DNA of 55,774 nucleotides from Candidatus Ornithomonoglobus sp. (GTDB taxonomy: Bacteria > Bacillota > Clostridia > UBA1381). The DNA is taken from contig JAZQFP010000019.1 of NCBI GenBank assembly GCA_045539555.1, forward strand, positions 1 to 55,774. Reading direction: 5' to 3'. The notes under the pieces were generated by a model. That model did no database searches, had not been told where the DNA came from, and was given only the letters and a program-made list of their open reading frames with translations. Each line of letters begins with the position of its first letter. The first letter of the stretch is position 1. The position numbers were made by a program, and so were the translations under genes. Below are positions 1 to 9,889 of the stretch, in pieces.

Positions 1-842
1 CCAGCTGCTATGCAATAATTTTTAAGATTTTTTTCAACTGTCTGGGGTAAAATTCTCTTGCCGTTACGGCTTATGAAAAGCGGGTCAGTGTCTTTTGTAT
101 CCTCACTTGACAGCCTCTCCTCAACATATTTAAGCATTTCATTTTCAACCTGAATAGGCATAAAAATTTCCTGACGGTCTCCGCCCTTTCGGGTAATAAT
201 AAAGGATGATGCCTCAAAATCGACATCGGAGATGTTAAGGTTTACAAGCTCAGACACTCGGCAACCTGTACCAAGATATGCCGTAAAAAGTGCTACATCT
301 CTCTGTTTACGATTTAAGTATGACGCTTTATGTCTGCCCTCAAAATAATTTTCACCATTATAGATAACATCTATAAGTCCTACAACATCTTTTGTGTTAA
401 GTGGGCGTTTCATTTTCTGGTGAAGCTTCTTGAAATCAAGCTTGTCGGTTATATTATGGTCAAGGTAATCGTTCTTGTAAAGATACATAAACAAACCGCG
501 TATTCCCGAAAGCTTACGGTTAATGCCGTATTCGTTATTTGTACGAATACGCTTTATAACTCTGCCAGAAACAGATACATATTCCGTTTCATACTCCCTT
601 AAATATGCCTTAAACCCGTTAAGGTCCCGTAATGTTACCTCGTTTAGCATATCTGTTGTAATATCCTCAGGTGTTATCCCCTTAAACTTGAATTTAATTA
701 AATATTCAAAAAATGTTTTTATATCAATACTATATCCAATCTGAGTATTAACACTCTCACCGTCATAGGCCACCTCAATATAGTCAAAGACATAATCAGG
801 AAGCTTGGTAAGAATTTTTGTTAAATCAACATATTTACTCAT
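1..842 (-). CDS. Tyrosine-type site-specific recombinase (XerC/XerD/phage-integrase family); C-terminus runs off the window
   Basis: Absent from the ORF track because it is open at the window edge. My minus-strand translation from the ATG at 842 reads MSKYVDLTKILTKLPDYVFDYIE...NRKLSGIRGLFMYLYKN...RDVALFTAYLGTGCRVSELVNLNISDVDF...ITRKGGDRQEIFMP. The LGTGxRxSEL box (first catalytic Arg) followed by a TRKGG hairpin is typical of tyrosine recombinases. The ATG overlaps the cca stop (ATGA). Confidence 0.8.
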   Translation of the reverse strand, partial: MSKYVDLTKILTKLPDYVFDYIEVAYDGESVNTQIGYSIDIKTFFEYLIKFKFKGITPEDITTDMLNEVTLRDLNGFKAYLREYETEYVSVSGRVIKRIRTNNEYGINRKLSGIRGLFMYLYKNDYLDHNITDKLDFKKLHQKMKRPLNTKDVVGLIDVIYNGENYFEGRHKASYLNRKQRDVALFTAYLGTGCRVSELVNLNISDVDFEASSFIITRKGGDRQEIFMPIQVENEMLKYVEERLSSEDTKDTDPLFISRNGKRILPQTVEKNLKNYCIAA

Positions 843-2179
843 CTGTCCCTCTTCCTCATATCCTTAGCCCGTTTTATAAGATATGCTCTGTTATTAAGCT
901 CAGGCTTAATAATTACCTCGTCTAAAAGACTCCTTAATGTATCACCAATTTCTCTGCCCTGATGATAACCGATACTCATAAGGTCCCGCCCGTTTATCAT
1001 AAGATGTGAAACCTTATAGGGTTGTTTAAGGGATAAAATTTCCTTACGGATACGCAGACAACCCTCTATTCTCTTTAATTTTTCAGGCAAATGTCCAGGG
1101 TTTTTCGCAGTATTATCCGCCTTTTGCAAAATCAGTAGTTTTTCAAAAAGCTCTGCACCCGTTTTTGCCATCATTCGCTTTACTGCGGTTGGGTTTGCTT
1201 CCACTCTGTAATCGTGGTTTTCCACAAGTAATGCAATATCTTTGATTGACTCGGCGTCCATGTGGTATCTGTATAAAACATCAACAGTAATTCTTCGGCT
1301 TTCTCTGTGGTGGCCGTAAAAATGAATTATGCCGTTACTATCAACTGACGGACAACAGGGTTTTCCCGTATCATGAAGCAATGCCGCCCACCTTAAAATT
1401 AAATCACAGGGAGTGTTTATAACAGTGTGCATAATGTGCTCACCCACATCATAAATGTGATATTTGTTTCTCTGTGGCTCACCAAAACATCTGTCAAGCT
1501 CAGGCAAGATGTGCTTCAAAAGGCCCAGTTCATTCAAATCACGAAATGCATCAGGGTTATCTGAAAGCAAAATCTTATTAAGCTCGTCAAGTATCCTCTC
1601 ACGGCTGACTTTTTTAATAAGTACTGCACATTTCTTAATGGCATTTGCCGTATGTTGTTCGATTGAAAAGCCCAGTTGAGCCTTAAACCTTACGGCACGA
1701 AGCATCCTTAACGCATCTTCTTTGAAACGCTTTTCTGCATCTCCTACACAACGGATAATTCCCTTGCGGATATCTCGCTTTCCACAAAAGAAATCAAGCA
1801 CTCCCGATTTAGGGTTATACATCATTGCATTTATAGTAAAATCGCGTCTCAGGCAATCTTCCCGAGGTGCATTAACAAATTCCACATGAAGAGGGTGGCG
1901 ACCGTCAAGATAATCACCGTCGCGGCGGAAAGTGGTAATTTCATATCCGATTTTGTTGTAAATAACCGTTACTGTTCCGTGCTTTATGCCCGTTGCAATG
2001 GTCTTTTGAAACAGTTTTTCTACATCCTCAGGCCGTGCATTGGTGGCAATGTCATAATCATGGGGAGTTTTACCCATAATGGCGTCTCTCACCGCACCAC
2101 CAGCAATGTACGCTTCATATCCCGCATTGGTAAGAACTTCTAAAACCTTTATAGCGTCCTTTGAAATCTCTGGATGCAT
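839..2179 (-). CDS. cca: CCA-adding tRNA nucleotidyltransferase / poly(A) polymerase family with HD domain
   Basis: 446 aa. N-terminus AGGAVRDAIMGKTPHDYDIAT plus RRDFTINAM (class II nucleotidyltransferase motifs). C-terminal HD region (LLHDTGKP). AGGAGG lies 8 nt upstream of the ATG. Confidence 0.88.
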   Translation of the reverse strand: MHPEISKDAIKVLEVLTNAGYEAYIAGGAVRDAIMGKTPHDYDIATNARPEDVEKLFQKTIATGIKHGTVTVIYNKIGYEITTFRRDGDYLDGRHPLHVEFVNAPREDCLRRDFTINAMMYNPKSGVLDFFCGKRDIRKGIIRCVGDAEKRFKEDALRMLRAVRFKAQLGFSIEQHTANAIKKCAVLIKKVSRERILDELNKILLSDNPDAFRDLNELGLLKHILPELDRCFGEPQRNKYHIYDVGEHIMHTVINTPCDLILRWAALLHDTGKPCCPSVDSNGIIHFYGHHRESRRITVDVLYRYHMDAESIKDIALLVENHDYRVEANPTAVKRMMAKTGAELFEKLLILQKADNTAKNPGHLPEKLKRIEGCLRIRKEILSLKQPYKVSHLMINGRDLMSIGYHQGREIGDTLRSLLDEVIIKPELNNRAYLIKRAKDMRKRDR

Positions 2180-2270
2180 TTCCGCCCCCTCCTTTCATCT
2201 TATATTATCTCATACTAAGTATACCACAAATGCCCATTTCGGTCAACGGATAATATAATATTTTTGTCCA

Positions 2271-2299
2271 TTGACTTGAATATGTTTTAGTGGTATAAT
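2271..2299 (+). promoter_or_regulatory. SigA-type promoter for the PRTase gene
   Basis: TTGACT, 17-nt spacer, TATAAT, with TG at the extended -10 position (tggTATAAT). About 35 nt upstream of the ATG at 2334. Confidence 0.6.
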
Positions 2300-2333
2300 C
2301 AAGTTAGAAAACTATGGAAAGAGGTCTGATACA

Positions 2334-2873
2334 ATGAGTAACGGATACAAAATGAAAATAGCAGGTTTGGAAAGAGAACTTCCTTTCTGCCCCATTGATG
2401 ATAACTTGGATATTGCGGCTTTTATTATGTTCTCTGATGTGGAGCTGACAAAGGCGGTGGCAGAGGAATTGCTAAAAAAAGTTCCTGAATTTGATATCCT
2501 TTTAACAGCTGAATCAAAGGGTATTCCATTAGCTTATGAAATGGCTCGTCAATCGGGAAAAAACTATGTCGTTGCAAGAAAGTCCATTAAGCTTTATATG
2601 CAGGACCCCGTGTCTGTAACGGTTAAATCTATTACAACTGCATCGGTACAGACTCTTTACCTTTCACACGCTGATTTTGAGCTAATGCAGGGTAAGCGCA
2701 TACTTATTGTTGATGATGTTATAAGTACAGGTGAATCATTAACTGCACTTGAAAAACTATGCCACAAGGTAGACGGAACGATCTGCGGTAAGGCAGCAGT
2801 TTTAGCAGAAGGCGATGCGGCCGACAGAGAGGATATTATTTTCCTTGAAAAATTGCCCTTGTTCTTTAAGTAA
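2334..2873 (+). CDS. Phosphoribosyltransferase family protein (adenine/purine PRTase-like)
   Basis: 179 aa. PRPP-binding loop ILIVDDVISTGESL. GAAAGAGG RBS. Substrate specificity is not assignable by eye. Confidence 0.7.
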   Translation: MSNGYKMKIAGLERELPFCPIDDNLDIAAFIMFSDVELTKAVAEELLKKVPEFDILLTAESKGIPLAYEMARQSGKNYVVARKSIKLYMQDPVSVTVKSITTASVQTLYLSHADFELMQGKRILIVDDVISTGESLTALEKLCHKVDGTICGKAAVLAEGDAADREDIIFLEKLPLFFK

Positions 2874-2879
2874 ATAATT

Positions 2880-2913
2880 AAAAAGAGTTTAGCAAATGCT
2901 AAACTCTTTTTTT
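2880..2913. terminator. Bidirectional intrinsic terminator between the PRTase gene (+) and metG (-)
   Basis: AAAAAGAGTTTAGC-AAAT-GCTAAACTCTTTTTTT: a 10-bp perfect stem flanked by an A-run and a T-run. Confidence 0.85.
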
Positions 2914-2926
2914 AGTCAAGATGATT

Positions 2927-4855
2927 TTATACTATTTCTGCACCTGACTGTATATCTTTTAGTGTTGTTAGTACAGTTAGATTATCCTGATACTCCGCTG
3001 ATAAAATCATACCGCAGGAGTCATAACCCATCATCTTTCGGGGCTTTAAGTTGGCAATAAATACAACATTCTTGCCTATAAGCTCATCGGGGTTATGGAA
3101 CTGTGAAATACCCGATAAAATCTGGCGTTTCTCTGTACCTACTTCAAGAACAAATCTCAAAAGCTTCTTTGACTTGGGAACAGGCTCACATTCAATAACC
3201 TTACCCACTCTTATGTCAAGCTTCTCCCACTCGTCAAATTCAATATAGTCTTTATAAGGTGCAATCTCAATCTCAGGCTCCTGATTGGCTTCCATTTCTG
3301 CCGCCAATTCCTCTAACTTTTTCTCCATATCAATTCTTGCAAACAATACCTCAGCGGCACCTACCTTTGTACCTGCCACAGTTGTACCAAAGCTTGTAAC
3401 ATTCTCATAAGACAAATCTTCGGCACCAATCTGCTCTGCAATTCTCTTGGCAGTCTCTGGCATATATGATGATAACAGAGATGCAATAATTCTTATTGTT
3501 TCAATTAAGTTATACAATACTGTTCCAAGGCGTGGCATTGTTGCCTCATCCTTTGCAAGTATCCATGGGGTTGTCTCGTCAATATATTTATTGGCACGAT
3601 TTACAACTTTCCATATCTCGTCTAAACTGTCTGCTACGTGGAAAGTTGACATTTTCTTTTCCATTGCCGCCATTGCTGATGTTGCAACCCTGATTAAATC
3701 ATCATCAAACTCACCCTTAACATCACCTGACTGAATAACACCGTCAAAATACTTGTTTACCATTGAAACGGTTCTTGTAACAAGGTTACCTAATGTGTTT
3801 GCCAAATCACTGTTATAACGGCTTATAAATACCTCATAAGTGATTGTGCCGTCCTGGGCAAATGGCATTTCGTGAAGCATATAGTATCTTACTGCATCAA
3901 CACCGAAATGACGAACCAAGTCGTTGGCATATATAACATTACCGCGGGACTTACTCATCTTCTCCTCGCCAAACAACATCCACGGATGACCAAATACCTG
4001 CTTAGGTAACGGCTCTCCCAATGCCATTAACATAATGGGCCAGTAAATTGTGTGGAAACGCAAAATGTCCTTACCAATAATATGAACATTTGCGGGCCAG
4101 TATTTCTTATACAAATCTCCCTTTTCATCAACCGAATAACCAAGGGCGGTTATATAGTTTGAAAGGGCGTCTATCCATACATAAATTACATGTCCAGGGT
4201 CAAACTCAACAGGTATTCCCCATGTAAAGCTTGTACGGGAAACACACAAATCTTGAAGACCAGGCTTAATAAAGTTATTAAGCATTTCGTTCTTTCTTGA
4301 CTCGGGCTGGATAAATAAGGGGTTCTCCTCAATATAGTCCTCCAACTGCTTCTGGTACTTGGACATTTTGAAGAAATATGCCTCTTCCTTTGTTTTCTCA
4401 ACAGGACGGCCACAATCGGGACAACATCCGTCCTTTAACTGTGTCTGTGTCCAGAAAGACTCACAAGGAGTACAATACCATCCCTCATATTCACTCTTGT
4501 AAATATCGCCCTGGTCGTATAGTTTCTTAAATATTTTCTGTACTGCCTTTTCGTGATGCTCGTCAGTTGTTCTTATAAAGCCGTCATAGCTCACATTAAG
4601 CATATCTGCAATATCGCGGATTTCTCCTGCAATGTTATCAACATGCTGCTTGGGAGTAATACCTGCATTCTCGGCAATCTCCTGAATTTTCTGACCATGC
4701 TCGTCTGTACCTGTTAAAAAATACACATCCTTGCCGATATATCTGTTGTGTCTTGCAATAGCATCGGATAAAACAATTTCATAAGTATTACCTACATGAG
4801 GCGTCTTTGATGTGTATGCTATGGCAGTAGTCAAATAAAACTTTTCCTTCTCCAT
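2927..4855 (-). CDS. metG: Methionine--tRNA ligase with C-terminal tRNA-binding (Trbp111/EMAP-like) domain
   Basis: 642 aa. HVGNTYE (HIGH-type) and KMSKSRGN (KMSKS) motifs. Zn knuckle CTPCESF...CPDCGRP. C-terminal LDIRVGKVIECEPVPKSKKLL OB-fold. Confidence 0.95.
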   Translation of the reverse strand: MEKEKFYLTTAIAYTSKTPHVGNTYEIVLSDAIARHNRYIGKDVYFLTGTDEHGQKIQEIAENAGITPKQHVDNIAGEIRDIADMLNVSYDGFIRTTDEHHEKAVQKIFKKLYDQGDIYKSEYEGWYCTPCESFWTQTQLKDGCCPDCGRPVEKTKEEAYFFKMSKYQKQLEDYIEENPLFIQPESRKNEMLNNFIKPGLQDLCVSRTSFTWGIPVEFDPGHVIYVWIDALSNYITALGYSVDEKGDLYKKYWPANVHIIGKDILRFHTIYWPIMLMALGEPLPKQVFGHPWMLFGEEKMSKSRGNVIYANDLVRHFGVDAVRYYMLHEMPFAQDGTITYEVFISRYNSDLANTLGNLVTRTVSMVNKYFDGVIQSGDVKGEFDDDLIRVATSAMAAMEKKMSTFHVADSLDEIWKVVNRANKYIDETTPWILAKDEATMPRLGTVLYNLIETIRIIASLLSSYMPETAKRIAEQIGAEDLSYENVTSFGTTVAGTKVGAAEVLFARIDMEKKLEELAAEMEANQEPEIEIAPYKDYIEFDEWEKLDIRVGKVIECEPVPKSKKLLRFVLEVGTEKRQILSGISQFHNPDELIGKNVVFIANLKPRKMMGYDSCGMILSAEYQDNLTVLTTLKDIQSGAEIV

Positions 4856-4867
4856 TAGTTGTTCTCC

Positions 4868-6034
4868 TTATTTTGTAATCTCGTTGAGGTAAGCCCCAAA
4901 GATTTTAATTTCTTTCACAGTAAAAGCACTAAGCTGCTTAATTACTTTTATCGGGGCACGGAATAAGCCAACCTTGTATAAGCTTATAATAAGCATCAGC
5001 ACAAGGGGACCTGTAATAAGTCCGATAATTCCCCAGAACTTATAGCCAATATACATTGCAACAAGTGTAACAAGGGGGTTTACACCAAGTCTGTCGCTTA
5101 CAAGTTTCGGCTCAATAAATCTGCGAAGCAACATTATTGCAAAATATGTCGCTACATAAACTATGCCCAAAGTAATATTGCCGTCAATGAAATATATAAC
5201 TGCCATTGGCCATAACACAATTCCGCTGCCAAAGAACGGCAAAGCGTCAAGTACAGCCGTAACTGCCGCAACCAATACTGAATATGGTGCATTAAAAAGC
5301 GATAAAACCACAAGTATTACCATAAATACTATCATCATTAGTATTAACTGTGCTTTTACATACCCGCCAAGATACTCTACACATTGAGACTTTATCTCAT
5401 TGAGCTTTCTCACAGACTTCTCCCCTAATGTTTTGTGAACAAAGCCCGTTACTGTCTGCTTTTGTGTTACCATAAAATACAAAGACAACACAAACATTAC
5501 TACCCATATAAGACCAGGGGGCAACGCTTTTGCAACCGTTTGCGCCGTATCAACAACGGGAATATTATGAACAAAATCTACGCTTGTCTTATAGATATTT
5601 GCCCATGCATTGTCTATTACATTCTGCACCGCATCAGGCATTGCAATATACATTCCGCTGAAATTATCAACTATATTTGTCCAGTTGTCTTTGAGACTGC
5701 TTAATAGCTCAGGCCAGTTAGAAACCAAGTTTCTGATTTCATCGAAAAGTTTGTATCCTAACCATCCTACAAGGCCAAATATAACTGCAATAGTCAAAAT
5801 CATCACTACTACGGCAGAAATGCCACGGGGGATTTTAAGCCATTTCTGTAATCGGTCTGCTAATGGGTTTATAAGTCTTGCAAAAAGATAACCGAATACA
5901 AAGGGTGATAGAAGTCCAAAAAGATATACGATTGCTTTAATTACAGTCGGACCTGCGAAGTATATCAAAAGTATTGTGGCAAGTACTACGCCTGATACAA
6001 TCAATATCTTTTTGACATTATCTTTCATTTTCAT
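4868..6034 (-). CDS. AI-2E/PerM family integral membrane protein (YtvI-like)
   Basis: Multi-TM protein with the family-typical C-terminal half (ALPFFGSGIVLWP...RRFIEPKLVSDRLGVNPLVTL). The track ORF starts at TTG 6055. I prefer ATG 6034, which lies 5 nt behind GAGGTG. Confidence 0.75.
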   Translation of the reverse strand: MKMKDNVKKILIVSGVVLATILLIYFAGPTVIKAIVYLFGLLSPFVFGYLFARLINPLADRLQKWLKIPRGISAVVVMILTIAVIFGLVGWLGYKLFDEIRNLVSNWPELLSSLKDNWTNIVDNFSGMYIAMPDAVQNVIDNAWANIYKTSVDFVHNIPVVDTAQTVAKALPPGLIWVVMFVLSLYFMVTQKQTVTGFVHKTLGEKSVRKLNEIKSQCVEYLGGYVKAQLILMMIVFMVILVVLSLFNAPYSVLVAAVTAVLDALPFFGSGIVLWPMAVIYFIDGNITLGIVYVATYFAIMLLRRFIEPKLVSDRLGVNPLVTLVAMYIGYKFWGIIGLITGPLVLMLIISLYKVGLFRAPIKVIKQLSAFTVKEIKIFGAYLNEITK

Positions 6035-6057
6035 ATTCTCACCTCTGAGAAACAAAT

Positions 6058-7269
6058 TTATTTACCAAGGAATTTATCCATTAAAGTATAACCCTTTTCA
6101 ATATAAACTCCTGTGCTTTCGCCGTTTTTCTCTGTATATGTAAGGCCTGAACCTCCGTCTGTCTTTGTTGAGTCAAAGATTACATAAGGTACAGGGTCGC
6201 TTACATGTGTCTTTAATGAAATAGGTGTGGGGTGGTCGGGCATAATAAGCATTTTATAATCAATGCCACGTTTATCAAGCTCGTCTTTTAAGTATTTTAC
6301 AACTACCTCATCAATAGTCTCTACTGCTTCCTTTTTCTTTTCGGGTTTGCCCTGATGTCCCATTTCATCGGGAGCTTCCATGTGAAGATATAGAAAATCG
6401 TTTCCGTCAAGCAAAGCTTGTAGTCCTGCCTCTGCCTTGCCGACCCAGTTAGTCTCACAATTGCCCGTTGCACCCTCTACATCAATAGATGTCATTCCCG
6501 CACACTTGGCAATTCCCTTTATTAAATCAACCGCAGATATTACTGCGCCCTTTACTCCGTATTTCTCATAGAAATTATCAACTGAGGGTTTTGTTCCCTC
6601 GCCCCATACCCAGATTGAGTTTGCAGGGTTAAGGCCTTTTTCAATTCTTGCCTTATTTACGGGATGATTTTTAAGAATTGCCTCTGACTTCTTCATCATC
6701 TCATAAAGCTTGTCTGCACCTTCACCCTTAGGCAGATATTCACCTACACATCTATCGGAAATATCATGCGGAGGTGTAAGTTCAACATTTGTTGAGCCAC
6801 CGTCCCATACACATAGATGACGGTAACTGATACCAGGATAGAACTTAATAACGTCTGTATCAAGCTCCTGGGCAATTGCCTTAATAAGCTCTGTACTCTC
6901 CTCTGTTGTTATCTCTCCCGCAGAATAATCAAGCATTGTTTTCTTCTCATAGTCTGCCTCATCTGATAATGTAACAAGGTTTGTTCTGAAAGTTACATCA
7001 CTCTCTTTCATATCTACACCGATAGATGCAGCTTCAAGAGGTGAACGGCCTGTGTAACACTTTGTTGTGTCATAGCCCATAACTGATAGGTTTGCCACAT
7101 CTGAGCCTGGCTTCATTCCATCCTGAACGGTTTTGCACATTCCCAATTCACCGTGAGAGCACATATAGTCAATAGTAGGCTTATTTGCAACCTCCAAGAT
7201 TGTTTTGCCGTCAAAGTAGTCAACGGGGTAGTCCGCCATGCCGTCTCCTAAAATAACAATATACTTCAT
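6058..7269 (-). CDS. Cofactor-independent phosphoglycerate mutase family protein (ApgM type, alkaline-phosphatase superfamily)
   Basis: MKYIVILGDGMADYP... N-terminus and HMEAPDEMGH metal site are typical of the ApgM family. The second ATG (7269) has better RBS spacing than the track start at 7275. Confidence 0.8.
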   Translation of the reverse strand: MKYIVILGDGMADYPVDYFDGKTILEVANKPTIDYMCSHGELGMCKTVQDGMKPGSDVANLSVMGYDTTKCYTGRSPLEAASIGVDMKESDVTFRTNLVTLSDEADYEKKTMLDYSAGEITTEESTELIKAIAQELDTDVIKFYPGISYRHLCVWDGGSTNVELTPPHDISDRCVGEYLPKGEGADKLYEMMKKSEAILKNHPVNKARIEKGLNPANSIWVWGEGTKPSVDNFYEKYGVKGAVISAVDLIKGIAKCAGMTSIDVEGATGNCETNWVGKAEAGLQALLDGNDFLYLHMEAPDEMGHQGKPEKKKEAVETIDEVVVKYLKDELDKRGIDYKMLIMPDHPTPISLKTHVSDPVPYVIFDSTKTDGGSGLTYTEKNGESTGVYIEKGYTLMDKFLGK

Positions 7270-7285
7270 ATTCATCTTCCTTTCA

Positions 7286-7783
7286 TTACCAATGGAATTT
7301 TGTTAGCTGTCCCAGATTTTTGAGGTTTTCGAAACCTACCTGTCTCATTGCCTCATACACGATTATGGCAACGGAATTCGATAAATTCAGGCTTCTCGCT
7401 TCCTCTATCATTGGTATTCTTATACATCTTTCTTCATTTTTATATAACAACTCCTCGGGAAGACCCGCGTCTTCTCTGCCGAAGAGAATATAGTCATTAT
7501 CCTTATACTCCACCTCAGTATAAATATGTGGAGCCTTTGTTGTTGCATAATGATATCGTGCATTCTCAGACTTTGTCTTTTCAAAGAAATCATCTAAACC
7601 CTCATAGTACCGAACGTTAAGATACTGCCAGTAATCAAGACCTGCACGTTTTAGTTTTTTATCGTCTATCTCAAAAGCCGTGGGCTTTACAATATGTAAC
7701 CCGCACCCCGTCGCCGCACAAGTCCTTGCAATGTTACCTGTGTTCTGGGGTATTCTCGGCTCAACAAGAACAATATTGAACAT
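7286..7783 (-). CDS. trmL: tRNA (cytidine/uridine-2'-O)-methyltransferase TrmL (SpoU/TrmH family)
   Basis: FNIVLVEPRIPQNTGNIARTCAATG...LKRAGLDYW...LFGREDAGLP...NLSNSVAIIVYE. The track ORF begins 5 codons upstream at 7798. Confidence 0.85.
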   Translation of the reverse strand: MFNIVLVEPRIPQNTGNIARTCAATGCGLHIVKPTAFEIDDKKLKRAGLDYWQYLNVRYYEGLDDFFEKTKSENARYHYATTKAPHIYTEVEYKDNDYILFGREDAGLPEELLYKNEERCIRIPMIEEARSLNLSNSVAIIVYEAMRQVGFENLKNLGQLTKFHW

Positions 7784-7855
7784 TGTTTTCATCCTCATTG
7801 CTATAATTATACGATTTTATTGTATCACATTATGGAATGTTTTTCAACAACTAAA

Positions 7856-7888
7856 ATTAAAAAAACGGCGGAAATACCACCGTTTTTT
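7856..7888 (-). terminator. Intrinsic terminator after the GH13 gene
   Basis: Minus strand reads AAAAAACGGTGGTATTTCCGCCGTTTTTTT: an 8-bp stem with one mismatch, followed by a T-run. Confidence 0.7.
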
Positions 7889-7893
7889 GCATT

Positions 7894-9828
7894 TTAATCA
7901 CATTTATATACTGTTACGGAATATGGCTCTGTTTTAATATAGAATATTCCGTCATCCGATGAATGATTATTCTCATAACCTGTTGAAATCACAGATGAAA
8001 GTTTCCCTATATTATATCTTGCCACATCAAGACGAATATCACGGTGAACGCCCTCAGGGTTTACCACCACAAGATATTTGCTACTGTCTCCTTTTCGCAT
8101 ATATGCGTAAGCATGACCGAGCTTGTAAACCGCCTCAATCTCGCCTGTGGAAAACGCCTCATCCGACTTTCTAAGGGATATAAGGCTCTTCATCCAGTCT
8201 CTCATTTCACTCATGGGGTCAATTTGGTCCATTTTATCCCACGGGAAACACATACGGCAGAAGGGGTCGCCATAACCCTCTATCGCCAGTTCATCACCAT
8301 AGAATATACAGGGTACGCCTGGCATTGTCATTACCATGCCGTATGCAACCTTTGCGCGTTTTCTTGCAACTTCTTTTTGGTTATCATTAAGCTTAAACTG
8401 TGCCTGATAATCACGGTCAACCTCGTGGCGTGTTGGAGCGCCGCCCATAAGGGTTGTTATTCTCTCCGTATCATGAGATGAAAGCATATTAAGCAAAGAA
8501 TAATATGCAGGTACGGGATAATTCTCTTTGAGGCTCAATGTGCGGCGGTCAAACTCCTCCGCATCAATTCTGCATAATGCCAAATCAATTATTGCATTCT
8601 TCAAGGGATAATTCATTACAGAATCAAGCTCATCACCATAGAAATACTTTCGTCTCTCGCCGTATGCAACCTTGTTGGACGCATCCTCCCATACCTCGCC
8701 TATTATAACCGCGTCCTTATCAACTGACTTAACGGCTTTATTAAGCTCCTCAACAAAGAAATCAGGTAATTCGTCAACAACATCAAGTCTCCATCCTGAC
8801 GCGCCTAATCTTATCCATTTTTTGACTATGGAATTCTCACCGCTTAACAGATATTCTCTAAGCTCTTTGCTCTCCTCATTTACCTGTGGCAAGGTCGTCA
8901 TTCCCCACCATGACTCGTAAACCTCTGGATAGTCCATAAACCTGAACCACGGATAGAATTTTGAGTCCTTTGACTGATATGCACCAACTGTGGGGTATTT
9001 GCCGTACTTATTAAAGTACATACTGTCATCACCCGCGTGATTGAAAACGCCGTCAAGAATAATTCTTATACCGTGTTTTTTTGCCTCTTTACATAAACGG
9101 GAGAATGTCTTCTCATCGCCAAACATAGGGTCAATCTCTTCGTAACATCCCGTATCATATTTATGATTTGAAGACGCCTTAAATATGGGGTTAAGATATA
9201 TTACAGTTACACCAAGGTCTTCAAGATACGGCAATTTCTTTATAATTCCTTCAAGATTGCCACCGAAGAAATCATTGGCCTTGTACTCACCGCCAAACTG
9301 CTCTGCCTTATAGTAAGGGGTATCTCCCCACTCACGCTTTATGATGTCTGTGCGGTTACCGAGAAAACTGCTGTCAGGGTTTCCGTTATAAAATCTGTCA
9401 GGAAAAATCTGATAGGCTACGGCATTCTTAAACCATTCAGGAGTCTTATATTCCTCTTTGTAAACAGTTATCTGGAATGAATTGTTGGGCACAGTGTTAA
9501 CTGCCATTCCCTTGCCTCCAAGATTTTCCGCGTTGTTTCCATAGTAGACAACACCTGTATCTGTTACAACCTCAAAATAGTACCAGATAAGACACGCTTT
9601 TTCAGGCATTTCAAGAGTTGCCTCGTAAATACTGCTGTTATGAACAGAGAATACATACGGCATATCAAGATAATTATTTTCTCCCCCATCAGTCTTGTAT
9701 ATGACCCTTACAGAACGGGGCATACCTGCATCACGAAGGGACAGTCTTAACTTTACCTCACTCTTGCATACCACAGCACCATAAGGCTCTCGGTAAAAGC
9801 TTTCGCGGGAATTGTGCTCTAACTCCAT
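7894..9828 (-). CDS. Intracellular GH13 alpha-glycosidase (neopullulanase/cyclomaltodextrinase-like)
   Basis: GH13 conserved regions DGVFNH, GWRLDVVDE, EVWE and LSSHD. N-terminal E-set-like domain and no signal peptide. ATG 9828 lies behind AGAGGA; the track start is TTG 9843. Confidence 0.85.
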   Translation of the reverse strand: MELEHNSRESFYREPYGAVVCKSEVKLRLSLRDAGMPRSVRVIYKTDGGENNYLDMPYVFSVHNSSIYEATLEMPEKACLIWYYFEVVTDTGVVYYGNNAENLGGKGMAVNTVPNNSFQITVYKEEYKTPEWFKNAVAYQIFPDRFYNGNPDSSFLGNRTDIIKREWGDTPYYKAEQFGGEYKANDFFGGNLEGIIKKLPYLEDLGVTVIYLNPIFKASSNHKYDTGCYEEIDPMFGDEKTFSRLCKEAKKHGIRIILDGVFNHAGDDSMYFNKYGKYPTVGAYQSKDSKFYPWFRFMDYPEVYESWWGMTTLPQVNEESKELREYLLSGENSIVKKWIRLGASGWRLDVVDELPDFFVEELNKAVKSVDKDAVIIGEVWEDASNKVAYGERRKYFYGDELDSVMNYPLKNAIIDLALCRIDAEEFDRRTLSLKENYPVPAYYSLLNMLSSHDTERITTLMGGAPTRHEVDRDYQAQFKLNDNQKEVARKRAKVAYGMVMTMPGVPCIFYGDELAIEGYGDPFCRMCFPWDKMDQIDPMSEMRDWMKSLISLRKSDEAFSTGEIEAVYKLGHAYAYMRKGDSSKYLVVVNPEGVHRDIRLDVARYNIGKLSSVISTGYENNHSSDDGIFYIKTEPYSVTVYKCD

Positions 9829-9849
9829 TATAATTCCTCTCAATATATT

Positions 9850-9879
9850 GGAAAAATCCCTTCTAAAAGGGATTTTTCC
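9850..9879. other. Perfect 13-bp inverted repeat between glgP and the GH13 gene
   Basis: GGAAAAATCCCTT-CTAA-AAGGGATTTTTCC. No clean T-run follows on the minus strand, so this may be an attenuator, a processing site or a stabiliser rather than a full terminator. Confidence 0.45.
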
Positions 9880-9889
9880 AAATTAGTTT

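Noticed and set aside
330-744. Plus-strand ORFs 330-602 and 523-744 from the track
   Set aside because: They are antisense to the well-supported recombinase frame. The translations are low-complexity and Ile/Phe/Leu-rich with no RBS. They are a shadow of an AT-rich gene.
1-842. Calling an integrated mobile element or prophage from the recombinase at the window edge
   Set aside because: It is a single partial gene translationally coupled to cca. No att-like repeats, phage genes or transposase genes are visible in the window, so the evidence is insufficient.
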